A stretch of DNA of 63,023 nucleotides, filler included, from Ginglymostoma cirratum (Eukaryota): the NCBI GenBank assembly GCA_024137785.1. It is 4 parts of 4 records of this genome, joined end to end, with 100 filler letters (N's around TTAATTAATTAA, not from the genome) between each part and the next. Parts side by side here need not be neighbours in the genome. Positions count along the whole stretch, not along the records: positions 1 to 28,793 come from JAHRHZ010000084.1; positions 28,894 to 44,183 come from JAHRHZ010000085.1; 2 more parts are not named here. The stretch is one strand, 5' to 3'. The notes beneath the pieces were generated by a model. That model saw only the letters and a list, made by a program, of their open reading frames with translations. It searched no databases and was not told the DNA's origin. The position numbers were made by a program, and so were the translations under genes. Shown one piece after another: positions 27,815 to 41,099 of the stretch. The first letter of the stretch is position 1; each line of letters starts with the position of its first letter.

Positions 27815-28793
27815 AGCATTGTCGTAAAAGTAACAGGAAACTGGCTTATGGGAGGATGGCAACAGAAATTGCTGGAAAAACTCAATAGGTCTGGCAGCAT
27901 CTGGGAGGCAAAGCAGAATTAAAGTTTTGGATTCAGTGATCCTTCTGAAGAATGGTCTGAAGAAGTGCCACTGGAGCTGAAACATTAATTCTGCTCTGTC
28001 TCCACATATGCGGCCAGACCGGCTGACATTTGCCAGAAATTTCTGTTTTTGTTTCTGATTTCCAGGGTCTGCAGTTCTTTGATTATTGATTACAGGATAG
28101 GTCTGGGTCATACTGTTTTTAGATACCAGCTGTTAACGAACAGTCGCAAATGAACAAAACCAGTTACCAGCATTGATCTGCCAGTGCATTGCAACACTGG
28201 AGAATTTGGACATCACAGAAAGGCAGAGGACAGACTTATTCAGCCTAGGACTGAGAAGTAATTTTGATACTCTTAATCTGTTTGATGCATTCTATAGACC
28301 ACAAACCAGGAGGAACAAAATCAGAGAACAAATTGAAAGCATAAATTATAAAGAACTGCAAGAATTATGAGTTAGTTGTAAAGAGGCTCTTTACATTTCC
28401 AAGCACAGACCAGTATAATAACAATGCTAAATGCAAGAGTTTGTGGAGAGTTTCAATACCAGTATATTTTCAGACCAGTAAGGAAAGAGTCGCTGCTCGA
28501 TCCAGTGCTGAGAAATAATTTGGTTCAATGGGATGTACGTCTACAGGGAGATAATTCGGACAAATATCTGTGCTATTTCAAGGTTTACATTGGCTCTGGG
28601 AATGTAAAAAACAAATTAAGAGTAAAAGTAGTTTCTTTTTAATTGATTTGTGGGATGTTGAGTGTTGCTGGCTGGCCAACATTTATTGCCCATCCCGAGT
28701 TGCTGTTGAGAAGGTTGGAGTTGGAGAACAGCCAAATGCTATAGGAACCTAATGGGTCTGAGCAAGATAATTGGCATTGCACATGGCCAGGCA

Positions 28794-28893
28794 NNNNNNN
28801 NNNNNNNNNNNNNNNNNNNNNNNNNNNNNNNNNNNNNTTAATTAATTAANNNNNNNNNNNNNNNNNNNNNNNNNNNNNNNNNNNNNNNNNNNN
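28794..28893. other. Artificial contig spacer
   Basis: N44-TTAATTAATTAA-N44 (stops in all six frames). Confidence 0.97.
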
Positions 28894-29799
28894 AGCCAAT
28901 CTTTTACATGGCAATGCTCTCCAAGATGTTGGCCCCCATTGTATCTTTGCTTCTTATCCTGGCTGCAGCCCATTCCTGCCCATTATCTCATCCCGTGCAG
29001 ACTCCGTCCCTAACGTATACTCAAAGATAAGTCCAATATCAAGAGTTTTTTTTTAGTGCGAAGTCCCCAAAAGGGGCTGTCTCTTCAAAGCTGATGATAA
29101 ACTAGGTCTTGTAACTCCTGACGTCAAGAAAGGGAAAAGTCAAACAAGAAGGCTGTGCTTTCGGGAGAAAGCGAGAGGTGAGGCGATACCTGGTCACAAC
29201 ATCTACAGCTTGCATGTTAGAACAGACTGTGGGCTGAAGATGAAGTAGCTTGTCATAAAGAGAATCTTGTATGAGTTACGATAATCTTCCAATGCTTTAC
29301 TTTCACTGGAGTCCGCAGCTTCAACAAGAACTGTTCTGATAGAGATCAGTGTTGCCTGCTCCACAAGCTTTAGAATATCATTCTCTCTCAAGTTAGTTTC
29401 TTTTCCCTTTGGTTCACCTTCTCATTTAACACATAATGAGTCAGTAAATGTATTTCAATATGCTTAGGCGATATAATTGGTCATATCTTAACAGTTCTGT
29501 GTGTAAACTGTGCAATGTGTGTTTGTGTTTTTCAATAATCTTAAATGTGTGAGGTCCTGGTTGATGGATACGTCTGGTATGTGAGCAATGTGGGAATGCT
29601 AACAGTTGTGAAATTTAATTTTGCAGCTGGTAGGATTTGAATTCTGACATTGGATATGCTGACATTAACAACTTGTCCAAAGATACTAAACTTCTTGCTG
29701 CACTGAGGATGCAGGAATCTCCACTTCTCACCTTCTGTTCCAAGAAATCCAGTGCACGATTAGAAGTTATGAGTGCCCACTCTGTTTTTTGTTAAGAAT

Positions 29800-30095
29800 G
29801 CCTACAGTGTGGAAACTGGTCCTTTGAACCAATGGCCAAACAAGTCCACACTGACCCTCAGAGCATCTCACCCAGACCCATCCCCCTAATCTACACTATG
29901 GGCAATTTAGCATGGCCAATCCACCTAGCCTGCACATATTTGGGCTGTGGGAGGAAACTGGAGCACCCAGAGGAAACCCATGAAGGCACAGGGAGAACAT
30001 GCAAACTCCACACAGATGGTCACCTGAGGGTGGAATTGAACCTTGGTCCCTGGTGCTGCTGGGCAGCTGGGCTAACCACTGAATCACGATGCTGC
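29800..30095 (-). mobile_element. HE1-type shark SINE
   Basis: tRNA-like head (cagtggttagc..ggttcaattcc), core tgtgtggagtttgcatgttctccc, CR1-like tail. Confidence 0.8.
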
Positions 30096-30699
30096 TGCTT
30101 CACTTTTAGCCATTCTTCAAGGTCAGAGTCAACTACCACAGTATTCCCTGAACCTGCATTAGAATCATTAAATCTTTCCTTAGAATCACAAGTGGATTTT
30201 GCCACTTTCACCCATCCTGCTAACACCTGCACTCATGAAACAACATGGTGATCATTTAGAAATTTTATAAATCAGCGTGCATGTGAATTGGTAAACTGCC
30301 TGAATTAGTTCGAGTGAGTGTAGGTTAATTGTACACCACAATTCCATATCTTTACTCATGACAATCAATCCAAACTCTACAGAGTCTAAGGCAGGGAGTA
30401 CAAATTAGAATTTCTCATTCAATGTAAAATTAGTTTGGAAAGTAAGATAAAAGTAAATATGGGGTATAAGACTGAAAGAAGATAACAACAGAAAACATGT
30501 GTTTACTCCCTTCAATAATAACATTCTGGACCACTGGTGTCTGCAACTGTGTGATCAATCTCCCAGCTATGAGCATGTAGACCATGGACTTTTGCATACC
30601 ATGGCAGAGATGAAGGCAAAGAGGAGAGAGCCTTAAAATACTCAGTGGAACTTAAAATACATAAATGATTCCAAAATATGCCATCTTACTGGTGCTCAG

Positions 30700-31670
30700 A
30701 CATTTGTTATTTGTTATTTACGTAAATGATCTGAATGTGTAAGGCATGATTAGTAAGTTTGTAGATCAAACAAAATTAGGATGCATCATTGATAGTGAAG
30801 AACATTATCAAAAATTACAGAGAGATCTTGATCAGAGGGGGAAGTGGGCTGAGGATTGGCAAATGCAATTCAATACAGATAAGTGTAAGGTGTTGTATTT
30901 TGAAAGTCAAACCATGGTAGGACTTATACAGTAAATGGTAAGGTCCTGAGGAGTGTTGTGGAACAGAGGGACCTAGGAGATCAAGCACATTGTTGATTGA
31001 AAGCAGTGTCACAGTGGAAAGGGTGGTGAAGAAGGCATTTAGCATGCTGGCCTTCATCGTTCAAGGCATTGAGTATAGGAGTTGGGATGTTATGTTACAC
31101 TTGTATAATTCATTGGTAAGGCCACACCTGGAATATTGTGTACAATTTTGGTCACCCTGTTATAGGAGAGACATAGTTAAACTCAAAAGTGTGCAAAGAA
31201 GATTTATAAGGATGCTTCCAGCACTGGTAGGCCTGAGTCATAGGGAGAGTCGGCCAGGATAGGACTTTATTCCTTGAAATGTAGGAGAATGAGTGGTAAC
31301 CTTATTGAGGTGTATAAAATCATGAGGAGCGTAGATGGGATGAATGCATATAATATTTTTCTGAGGAATTGGAATTGAAAACTGGCGGGTGTAGGTTTTA
31401 AGATGAAAGGGGATAGATTTAAGAAGGACCTGAGGGGCAATTTCTTCATGCAGAGAGTGGTGCATTAAGAATGGGCTGCCAGAGAAAGTGGTTGAGGCAG
31501 GTACAATAGCAATTTTTTTTTAAAAGTATTTGGATAGGTACATGGATGAGAGAGTTTAGATGGATAGGGACCAAATGAGGGCAATTGGAACTAGCTGAGT
31601 GGGCACCATGGTCAGCATGGACCAGTTTGTGCTGAAGGACCTGTTTCAATGCTATATTACTCTATGACTC
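30700..31670 (+). mobile_element. CR1 (HER1-like) LINE 3' portion
   Basis: SKFVDQTKLG, LVRPHLEYCVQFWSP; tail tattctctatgactct. Confidence 0.9.
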
Positions 31671-34600
31671 TACTGACAATTACCCCTAAAAAGCTCGTGC
31701 CAAAAGCAGTGTTCTACATTCTTGAGGCATGCAAACCATGCCATAACTATGAAATAGCACTTGCCTACAGTTACCTGACTGCTGCTTATCTTGGTTTTAC
31801 CCAGGGCCACAGAATTCCTGTCTTCATTGCAAATTTGGTTCAAACATGGACAAAAGAGATGAATTCCAGAGATGATGTGAGAGTGACATCCTTTGACATC
31901 AAGGCTATAACGAACTGTGCATGACATCAAGGAGCTTGAGCAAAACTGGAGTCAGTGGCAGTTGGAGACAGACCCTTCCATTGATTAGAGCCATACTTGA
32001 AACAAAGAAAGATGGCTGTGGTTTTTTGGAGACCAGTCATCTCAGCTCCATGTCATGGAAACAAAGGAAATAGAGTGGGGAATAGGGCATTTGGCTCTTC
32101 AAATCTGCTCCACCATTCATTATCATCATGTCTGATCATGCATCTCAATAACCTATTCCTAATTAGCACCACATCCTTCAATCCCTTTGGCTATATCCAA
32201 CTCCTTGCTGAAATCATATAATGTTTGTTCTTGACTACATTGTATGGTTATGAATTCCAGAAGCTCTCCATTCTCCAGGTAAGAAATGCCTCCTTATTTC
32301 AGTTTTAAAAGGCTTATCCTGTATGCTTAGACTGTGATTTCATTGATTCTGAACTCCCCACCTTCAGGAACACATTCCTGCATCTACCTTGTCTAGTCCT
32401 ATTGAATTTTGAGATCCCACCTTATTCTTCCTAACTCCAGCAAATGTAGTCTGAACCATTTTAGCCTCTCTTGATTAGTCAGTTCCACCATCCTGGGATG
32501 TGGTGGAGGAGGGGAGATTTTGAAGCTTGTGAAGTCCACGTTGATACCATTGGGCTACAGGGTTCCCAAGCGAAAGGCTGTTCCTGCTACTTGTTCATGT
32601 ACAACAAGTTCTCTGTGCACTTTTGATATCTATTAGTATTCTCCACACCAGTTACTGGACTTCTAAGTGTCTTTTGCAAATTTCAAAAATGTGGCCCATG
32701 CACCTGTGATGATGAAGTAATACACTTCAAATGCAGCAGTGACCCTGGTTCTCGACTCTGGGCAATATCACTTCATCTACAATTAGTTTTAGGAATAAAT
32801 CTTCTCCACTTCTTTATCTTTACTCCCTTTACTATCCCTTCAATGCAGGCCACCTACTAACTCATTTCATAGAGTAAGTAAAGAGCAACTGTTACCAGCA
32901 GCTAGTAGGTCATTGGGGAAAAAAAAATCAGAAGTCACGTGAGTGTGTTGGTGTGGTCTATCAGTATGGTGGGACGGGGTTGGTCTTTTAACCTCACCAG
33001 TAGAAAGTATTTGGATTAAATCTGCTAAAATGTTGATGGTTGTTTTCGAGGAAACTGAATGCATGCTGAAGGTAAAAGATAACAGGGAAAGGGAAAAAGT
33101 TGGGAATGGTGGGGGGCTATCTCCTTTGCCCAACAAAAAAAAACACCAATCAAATTCAAAAATCGAAATGGCCTCCTTATTAGCTGTATTATTCTTTTTA
33201 ACTGAATCTGTGAAAAAAACAGGGATAATTTAACATAAATGTGTATTTCACAAAGTCCATATCCCATGTACTTCATCAGAGAGGTGCAGAATCCAGATAT
33301 AATAAAATGATGTGAAACATAATCACCTCAAGTTCACGCAAAATAGCAGTTTCATGTGGAAATCTGAATAGCAGACTTCATGAAATTTCTTGACATTTCT
33401 CTATTTTATTAAATTTGTGATATAATAATATTACAGAAGACAGCAGGCATGGAAACTGACATTCAGCCCAATTAGTGCGTCTTGAGCACAACAAAAACAG
33501 AAATTGCTAGAGAAACGCAATATGTCTGGCAGCGTTTTGGACACAGCAGAGTTTACCTTTCAAGTTCAACGAATTTCCTTTAAGCTTCTGTTACCTATTC
33601 TATCTCTGCCTTGATTAAATCAAAATGATTAAAATTCATCAAGAATAATGTTCTCATTTGAAATCTGCGATGTCTAGTCATCAGTATGTGCTTTTTTTTT
33701 AGTTTGAGGTGTTCTTCCAATCCCTCCAGTCCACCGATTCCACTAGTTTCCAATCACCAAAGTCAAGCCTACTCTTTTAAAATCAGTTAAATTGTATGAA
33801 ACCTGTCAAGTCAAACTGAATCCTCCTGGTTTCAAGGTGCCAGGCACTTAAAGAAATCAAATGGGCAAATTTAAATTAACAAGCTCAAATTAAATTGTTG
33901 TTTTGAAAGTTAACAATGCACTCCAGCCTCTGTGGTGCCCAGTGCTCGTTGAAAGCCTCTAGTGCACACTGCATGCCCCCTCTCCAAGGTCACCTCGGCA
34001 TGGACATAACCACAAAACAGCAACAGGTAGTCAGGCCAAATTACTTTGTCAATCACCAATATCTGAAATTTATGGCCGTTTTGCTAAGATGTTTATGGCC
34101 ACTTAGGCAAGTACAAGAAACAGACTAACTTATTGGTCTACAATGCCTACTTCTTAACAATGAAAATTACATTAGTTGCTAGGATTCCCGGTGGTACTGC
34201 AAGTTTTTTTTTTCTCTCTCACCTAACCAATATTACGTATAGTAATGCTTCAACATTTGCTTTCCATAGATGATTTTGAAATGCTCTGAAGTAATCACGT
34301 GTATATGGACCAATGATTTATTTAGTCATCTTTGACTTAGATTAATTTATTAAGTCTGTTCTGTTTTCTGTATTTAAATGTAATGATCACGTTCCTCATC
34401 ACACTGTCTGCCATTACATCAACCTGCTTGATATTCCGGGCAAATGCTAAATTATTCATTGTAAGCCTTGCTGCCTATCTATCATTATTATCCCGCCTAT
34501 TCCTTAACGTGTCTATCTCCATTCCAGACTCCCTAAATTTTAAATTGGTTCCCCTTGATGAAATTTTGCTATGTCCGTGTTTGTTTCTAATTTCACAGTT

Positions 34601-34684
34601 TCCTTTTGCCTTACAAATTACGTTTTTAAACTTGGTTTTATTTTGCCTCCCTACCATCAATCTTTTCACAGAGTGATAGAAACA

Positions 34685-35460
34685 ATCATAGAGTTATAGA
34701 GTTTTAACAGCATAGAAAAGGGACCTTCAGCACATTGTATTCATGACAAAATAACATCAAATTGTACTAATCTCAATTTCCAGCATTTGATCTGCAGCTT
34801 TGTATGCTATGGCATTTCAAGTGCTCATATGAATACTCAAAATTCTTGAGAGTACCTGTCTTTATCATGTTTTTATGCAGTGAGTTCCAGATACCAACCA
34901 CGTTATGGTTGAATAAAAGTCCTTAAATACATTCTAAACCTCCTGCTGTTTACTTTAGAACAGATTCCACTGGAAGTTAGACCTTCTGTAAGGTGGGGAT
35001 GGAATGGGGGGGATTTCTCCTATCTACCCTATATCTGTACACTGCAGTTACAGCAACCTCAATCTACCCGGTCTCTCTTCATAGTTGCTTAGTTCCAGCC
35101 CAGCCATCATCCTGGTCAATCTCCTCTGCACCCTTTCTTCTGCAGTCACATCCCTTTTCTATAGCGTGACAAATAGAACTGCAAACAGCACTCCAGTTTT
35201 GGCATGAATTATATTAGAAACTGCTCTATCATAACTTCTGTGCTCTTGTTTTCATTGCCTTGACTAATAAAAGCAAGTAACCCATATTACTTCTGAAATT
35301 GATTATCTACATCTCCTGTAGCCTTGAAGAAGCTCGGGATATGCATACCAAGGTCCTCTGAAGTTCCATACTTCGTAGGATTCTACCACCCAACATGTAT
35401 TCCCTTGTCTTGTTAATAATCCCAACTGCAATTCTTCGCATATTACCTCCTATCCATGTG
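34685..35460 (-). mobile_element. Decayed CR1 LINE 3' portion
   Basis: Reverse-complement similarity to the other CR1 3' ends in the window. Confidence 0.7.
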
Positions 35461-37419
35461 CTTAATGTATGATTCTTTTGCCTTTTCACTTTTTCATGGA
35501 TACCTATTAATGTTCTTCCCTGTTAACAGAACTAGTTTAAATATTTTCTATTTTTGTTCTGCATCATTGTGTTCATTTGTTGCACATTTTGTTTTCCCAA
35601 GTTCTATTCTCAGTCACTCAAAATCAGATATGTTTTTTCCAAAGTACTAATATGGTGTTTATCACAGCTATGTCCCACTGTGTGAGCACCATATATCTTT
35701 TTAGATTGTGGTCACTATTACCTCAATGTTCCTCTACTTGACATATTTCCTTTGGGTCATTCTTATATTATTAGATCCAAAAGTGAATTTCCCTCCTCTG
35801 TCTGTGGGTCAGAAACGTTTCCCCTGCATACTTTCGGATCCCTTTCTCTTTTCGCTTTTACCTACCTTGCTGTCTAATTCATATTAAAGGGAATGAAGTC
35901 CCCATTCATATTATTCTGTCTTTTACTAAACACCGAGATTGATCTCAATATGTATTCACACTCCTCCTGCCCTCTGCGCAGACTGTGCACATACACACAT
36001 TCTCTCTCTCTCTCTCCTCACACACACACACTTTCTCCCATCCTCACAAGTAAAGGCTCTCTCTCTGCCCCCCTCCCACTCACACACACTCTCTTTCCTG
36101 TCTCTCTCACTCACACACACAAAAACACAAACACACACACACAACACATGCGAAAACATACAAAAACACATGTGAATCTATGGGGTGAATTTATATTTGC
36201 AGAAATATTTTATTATGTACAAAAAGCATATAATTATGTAGACAGTCAGTCGATATGGCATTTAAGAAATTCCTACTTTAGAAACAAACCAGCCTGACTC
36301 CAAACTAAAACATAAACAGATTCTAAACAAGGTCTCACACCTAACATGCATTGCCTGGCCTAAAATGTCACCTCTTCTTTACACTGATAAAACCTTTACT
36401 CCTCTCTGTACCATGACTTGAAAGGATTTTGGGGATTGACATACACATATTAATCAATTAAAATCTTCTAACTGGTTAAAGATTTAACAGCATCTTAGGT
36501 TTGTTTAGTACATCCTCATCAATGGTGTGAACCTTTGATCTTTTACTCATAAATCTGTGACTGCTACTTACTCTCTCACTAAAACCTGAAGACAGACTAC
36601 GGCTCTGAAAGCATGTGTTTTCAAATAAACCTGTTAGGATATAACCTGGTGTCATGTGATTTCTGACCTTGTCCACCCCAGTCCAACACTGGCACCTCCA
36701 CATCATTTCCAACGAGTAGTTCCAGATTTGATCTTTACCAACAGTTGAGGTCATAGGATCAATGTTGGGGAAGAGTGGAAAACGGCTTCACAAGCGCTTT
36801 CAGAATTTGTGAAAGCTAATCTATCAGAGATAACTGGAAAAACTGAAAAAAATGTCATGGAACTGATTGCAAGAACAGTCAATTTGAATCACAAAACCAG
36901 AACGTGACTCATTAAAAATCTCCAGTATTTAGTTCAGAACAGGTGAAGAAGCAATTCAAGTTCCTAATATATGTTTCACAGTGTAAAGGTGTCCAATAAA
37001 TTGTTTCTGCCTGGTTGCATGTTATTGAAATAAGTTGGAATTTAGAATGTGTGGAGAATTAAGATCCCAAAAACAGAATTACTGACCAGATAAATCTTTT
37101 CTTTAAAAAAAATGCCAAAATATCATTAGAATTGCATTAATGAGAGGGATGACAAAGTGATAATTTTAACTTTTATTTGTAAGAGAGCATTTCAGGCAGT
37201 CTTAGCACTTCATCAGAAATAACCTGGAGTGTTAAGCAAAGTTCTGCCTTGTTTGTGACTTAAATGCAAACAGGGAGAAAAACAGGGTTGCTAAATAGAA
37301 TCTATTTTCACCATGTGGAGATTCAAGAACTGGGGGCATTGTCTAAAAATTAGAGCTAAACCAATCAAGTGAGATGCTCAGAAGCACTTCTAGACATGAA
37401 GGATGGTAGAGGTTTGGAA

Positions 37420-37985
37420 CTTGAAATGGTTCAGAAAAGATTTACAAGGATTTTGCTCTGATTGGAGGGTTTGAGCTATAGAGAAATGCTCAATGGGTTG
37501 GGGCTTTTTCCCATGAGAGTCAGAGGCTGACGAGTGATCTTATGAAGGTTTACAAAATCATGAGGGGCTTGGGTAGGGTGACTAGCCAAAGTTTTTTTTT
37601 TCCCCAGGGTAGGTGCGTCCAAAACCACAGGACATGGTTTAAGATGGGAAAGATTTAAAAGGGGCCTGGGGACAACCTTTTCATGGAGTAGTGGTGCATG
37701 TATGGACCAAGCTGCCAGAGGATGTGGTGAAGGCAGGTACAATTACAACATTTAAGTAGGATTTGGATGGTTACATGAATAGGAATGACTTAGAGGGATA
37801 TGAGCCAAATGCTGACATATGTGACTAGATTAGTTTACGATATCTGGTCAGCGTGGATGAGTTGGACTAGAGGGATATGAGCCAAATGCTGACAAATGTG
37901 ACTAGATTAGTTTACGATATCTGGTCAGCGTGGATGAGTTGGACTAGAGGGTCTGTTTTCTTGCTGCATAACTGTAGGACTCATG
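37420..37985 (+). mobile_element. CR1 3' end with internal 77-bp tandem duplication (37791-37944)
   Basis: CR1 3' sequence; tagagggatatgagccaaatgctgac..gagttggac occurs twice. Confidence 0.8.
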
Positions 37986-38679
37986 GGCCAAATGGGTCCA
38001 TTTGTGTGCTGTACAGACTCTATGTCTCTCCAAATGGCAGTGGGTACTGGGCCAGTGTAAAGTTTAAATATGACATAGATGTATTTTGTAAAGTGAAGGC
38101 ATTGAGGGTTAAGGGCCAAAGGCAGGTTTCTGAAGTTAGGCCTAAATCAGCTGTAATCTCACAGATTGGCTAGACAGGCTAGAAGGACTGAATGGCCTGC
38201 TCCTGTATCTATATTCCTATTTACCCGTGGATAACGTCAAGTTAAACTGTGTCTCACGATAAGGTGTATGCATGTCGTGGAAAGTTAAATATGTTTGTAT
38301 AGAGCTAGATCGATTATAGTTGGTAAGACAGCAAAATAATCAACATTGATCAATGAACCAATAGGCCTATTCATGGAAAATTTGCATGTAGAGATGTTAT
38401 TTAAAGTCAATTTAAGAATACACTTTTAGGACGGCATACCCTTATGTTAATTAGTGTAGTTTTTGGTTGATCAAATATAAACACACATAAAATGCGTAAC
38501 GGTGGGCAACCAAAATATTTTGCTTATATAAATGTTAATCAATCAGTTGAATCAAATTCATCAAACAGGTGTGTTATTCCGCACATACGAACTGTAATCA
38601 AGTACATCAAAACACATAGTTTTCAAGTATGAGTGAATACCAGGCGGTATATATTAGTTTCTAGGGCACACACTCCTTA

Positions 38680-39005
38680 GTTGCACACATGCCACGCTTT
38701 CTATTGACAGAAGCTGTTAAAACGGAACTACATCTGTAGTAACAGGTTTGAATCGTTTGGAAAGTCAAGACTGATTAGGTTTGCGACTGAACCACGGAGG
38801 TAAACATGAAACACGGTTTGTTAATTGTATAACGGTTCTGCTTTGCCAAAAACCTTTGTTAACAGGAAGCCTGGCTGCAATATTTCTGCTTAATCATTTG
38901 CCCTTGACACCAACACGTTTCATTTGATTTCACAACACATCACCAAAGGCTTCACAAAGAGGTCATTAAGAATGGTTTGAGGTGAACTGTGAGATATAAT
39001 GTTGG
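38680..39005 (-). pseudogene. Possible heavily decayed V-domain exon, head-to-head with gene 2
   Basis: After acceptor ..ccacag|: ANIISHSSPQTIL..KPLVMCCEIK*..QPGFLL..SVANLISLDFPNDSN/CYY. V-like motif order but with several stops. Confidence 0.35.
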
Positions 39006-39311
39006 CTGTGGACGCCAGTGTGAAAAGATTGAGTCCATGTCAAGAATATGTTATTTTCTCCGAGAGGAAACGAAAGTTTCGAGAGACTATGAGGAGTCAC
39101 GCGGATAATAGGGCTCCAATGCTTGTTTCACACCTCACTCGATTCGCGACTTTCTTTTCTTCTCGTGTTCCTTAAACCGTGTTCTGTTTTTTCTTCGTGG
39201 ACTTGACGAAGTTTTATGACTAAAACAGCAATTCATTCGCTTTCTTGCTACCTGCTTAATGAACGATTGGACTTGCTCTCTTGTTCAGAATTTGTTTCAT
39301 GGTTTTGTTGA

Positions 39312-39377
39312 GGTTGGGGAAGAGGGGTTGGGGAAGAGGGGTCGGGGGAAGAGGGGTCGGGGGGAGGGCGGGGGGAA
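39312..39377 (+). repeat. G-rich short tandem repeat (GGGGAAGAGGGGTY)n
   Basis: Three to four units followed by further G runs. Confidence 0.8.
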
Positions 39378-39660
39378 GCACAAATGATCTCACTAGGCCG
39401 TATCAACGTTTGTTTTAAATGTCATACGAAGAATTCTAATCACCATCTGAAGGAACTAACTTCAATCTTTCTGTTCCGAAACGTATTTTCAATTACAACG
39501 AGTCGGCTCACTAGGTCACACTATGACCCCGATTTGGAAGGAACGCCTTCAACTCTCTGAGCGCTTTGAAGTGATCTCGAGATGACCCGCTGCCACATCA
39601 TATTCAAGTACAAGAGCAATTCATTGACTCAGTGCGCTTCCTCGCAGCAAGGTCTTGTAA

Positions 39661-39718
39661 ATGATGTTTCCAGTCTGTGTTCTTCGGTACGTGTGGTTCG
39701 GAGGGACCGTCTGCATAG
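39661..39718 (+). CDS. Non-rearranging VJ-C1 gene 2, leader exon
   Basis: MMFPVCVLRYVWFGGTVCI plus a phase-1 donor ATAG|GTATCG; 110-nt intron to the V exon. Confidence 0.7.
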
Positions 39719-39828
39719 GTATCGTATACTCATATTGCTTCTTCACCCAGGTCCTGCCCTCTCCATCATTGTCTACCATTTGTCTCATTCGTTGACTTTT
39801 CATTTAATTGTATAATTTTTCTTTACAG

Positions 39829-40149
39829 CTGTTGTTAACACTCATTTCCAAGTCTTCCAGGCTCCTGAAAGCGCGAACGCCCCAGTAGGTTCAAACGTTA
39901 CGTTCTATTGCACATTTCCCATTTTTCAAGATAACTCCGACGTAGAGGTCTTTTGGTGGAAACTTGGCGAAAATACATTTCTGCACAGAACCTCAAACAG
40001 CAGGAACGTATTTCACTTTTTTAAACAAGGTGGCGGCTCCTTTCATCTCCTGAACATCAGTGCACGGGATTCCGGGGTGTACGTCTGTGGAGTGAAAACC
40101 CTGGGAAACAGCATTGTAAATGGAACTGGCTCAACGATGAACGTTTTCG
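39829..40149 (+). CDS. Non-rearranging VJ-C1 gene 2, single-exon V domain including G strand (missed by the ORF track)
   Basis: Acceptor tttttctttacag| and donor TTCG|GTAAGT; 321 nt, open. (A)VVNTHFQVFQAPESANAPVGSNVTFYCTFPIFQDNSDVEVFWWKLGENTFLHRTSNSRNVFHFFKQGGGSFHLLNISARDSGVYVCGVKTLGNSIVNGTGSTMNVF. No RSS. Confidence 0.92.
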
Positions 40150-41099
40150 GTAAGTGCTACTGGTTGAAGAAAGTAACTTGAAATATTCCGTATATTTAAA
40201 TTTTTGCAGCGTGCTCTGGAGTTAATCTTCAATTTCCTGAGCAGTACTGACTTGAATGGATTATAAACTGTGCGAGACTTCTTCTTCTCTGTTCAGATTA
40301 ATTTATTGTAAAATACAATGAGTGTCAAATCTAAAATTTAAAGGCAATTGTTACAATGACGTCTGTAATGTTTAGCCATATTAACCAATTCTGAAAATCA
40401 GTGTAACTCACGTTCGGCCATTTAAGAACCGATCTGTAATATCAATATGAACGGACTCGTAAATTTTTTTTAAGTGAAAAGTTTGGCAAACAAGCATCGA
40501 ATAAAATCCAGAAAAGCCTATTCACCCCTCATTTATTTGTTAAAATGCGTAATTACATATTATTTATCTTGAAAATCAGAGTTTTGTCACACCTTTAGAA
40601 CATGAGCAGTAAAATTTCAGAATTCGAGTCCGGTGGGGTACGAGATCATAGTAAACAATATATTGTTTACGCCCTGAATACGGGTTTAAATTCTTCCAGA
40701 TTCATTATGCTCGCTGCTTTATTTCTTCGGCATTGATATAAGAGATAAAAATGCAAAAGCAATGATGTTAATCTTCTTTTGTTGCTCGTGTTTTGATCCA
40801 GCTCAAAATAGGAAATAAACTGTGTATGCTAACTTCTGTTGGGAACTTATTTAAACCTAATAACTCTCTCTAAACTGAAGGAGTCCCGGCGTTTAATGAC
40901 GAAAGTTTCCCTCCCTGCACCAGCAAATTTAGAATCAACAGCACAGATCAGGTGACGTTAAAGAGTCAAAACGCGCCGGTCTAGCAATAAATTATTGCCC
41001 AATCACAAATGTTATTCCAACCAGATCTGGGATTTAGCTCAATACGTTGTGCACGTTAGTGCTGGATTCACAGGGCTGGACATCCCCATACAGGAAAGA

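Noticed and set aside
28838-28849. TTAATTAATTAA palindrome occurring three times in the window
   Set aside because: Always centred in an identical N spacer; an assembly linker, not biology.
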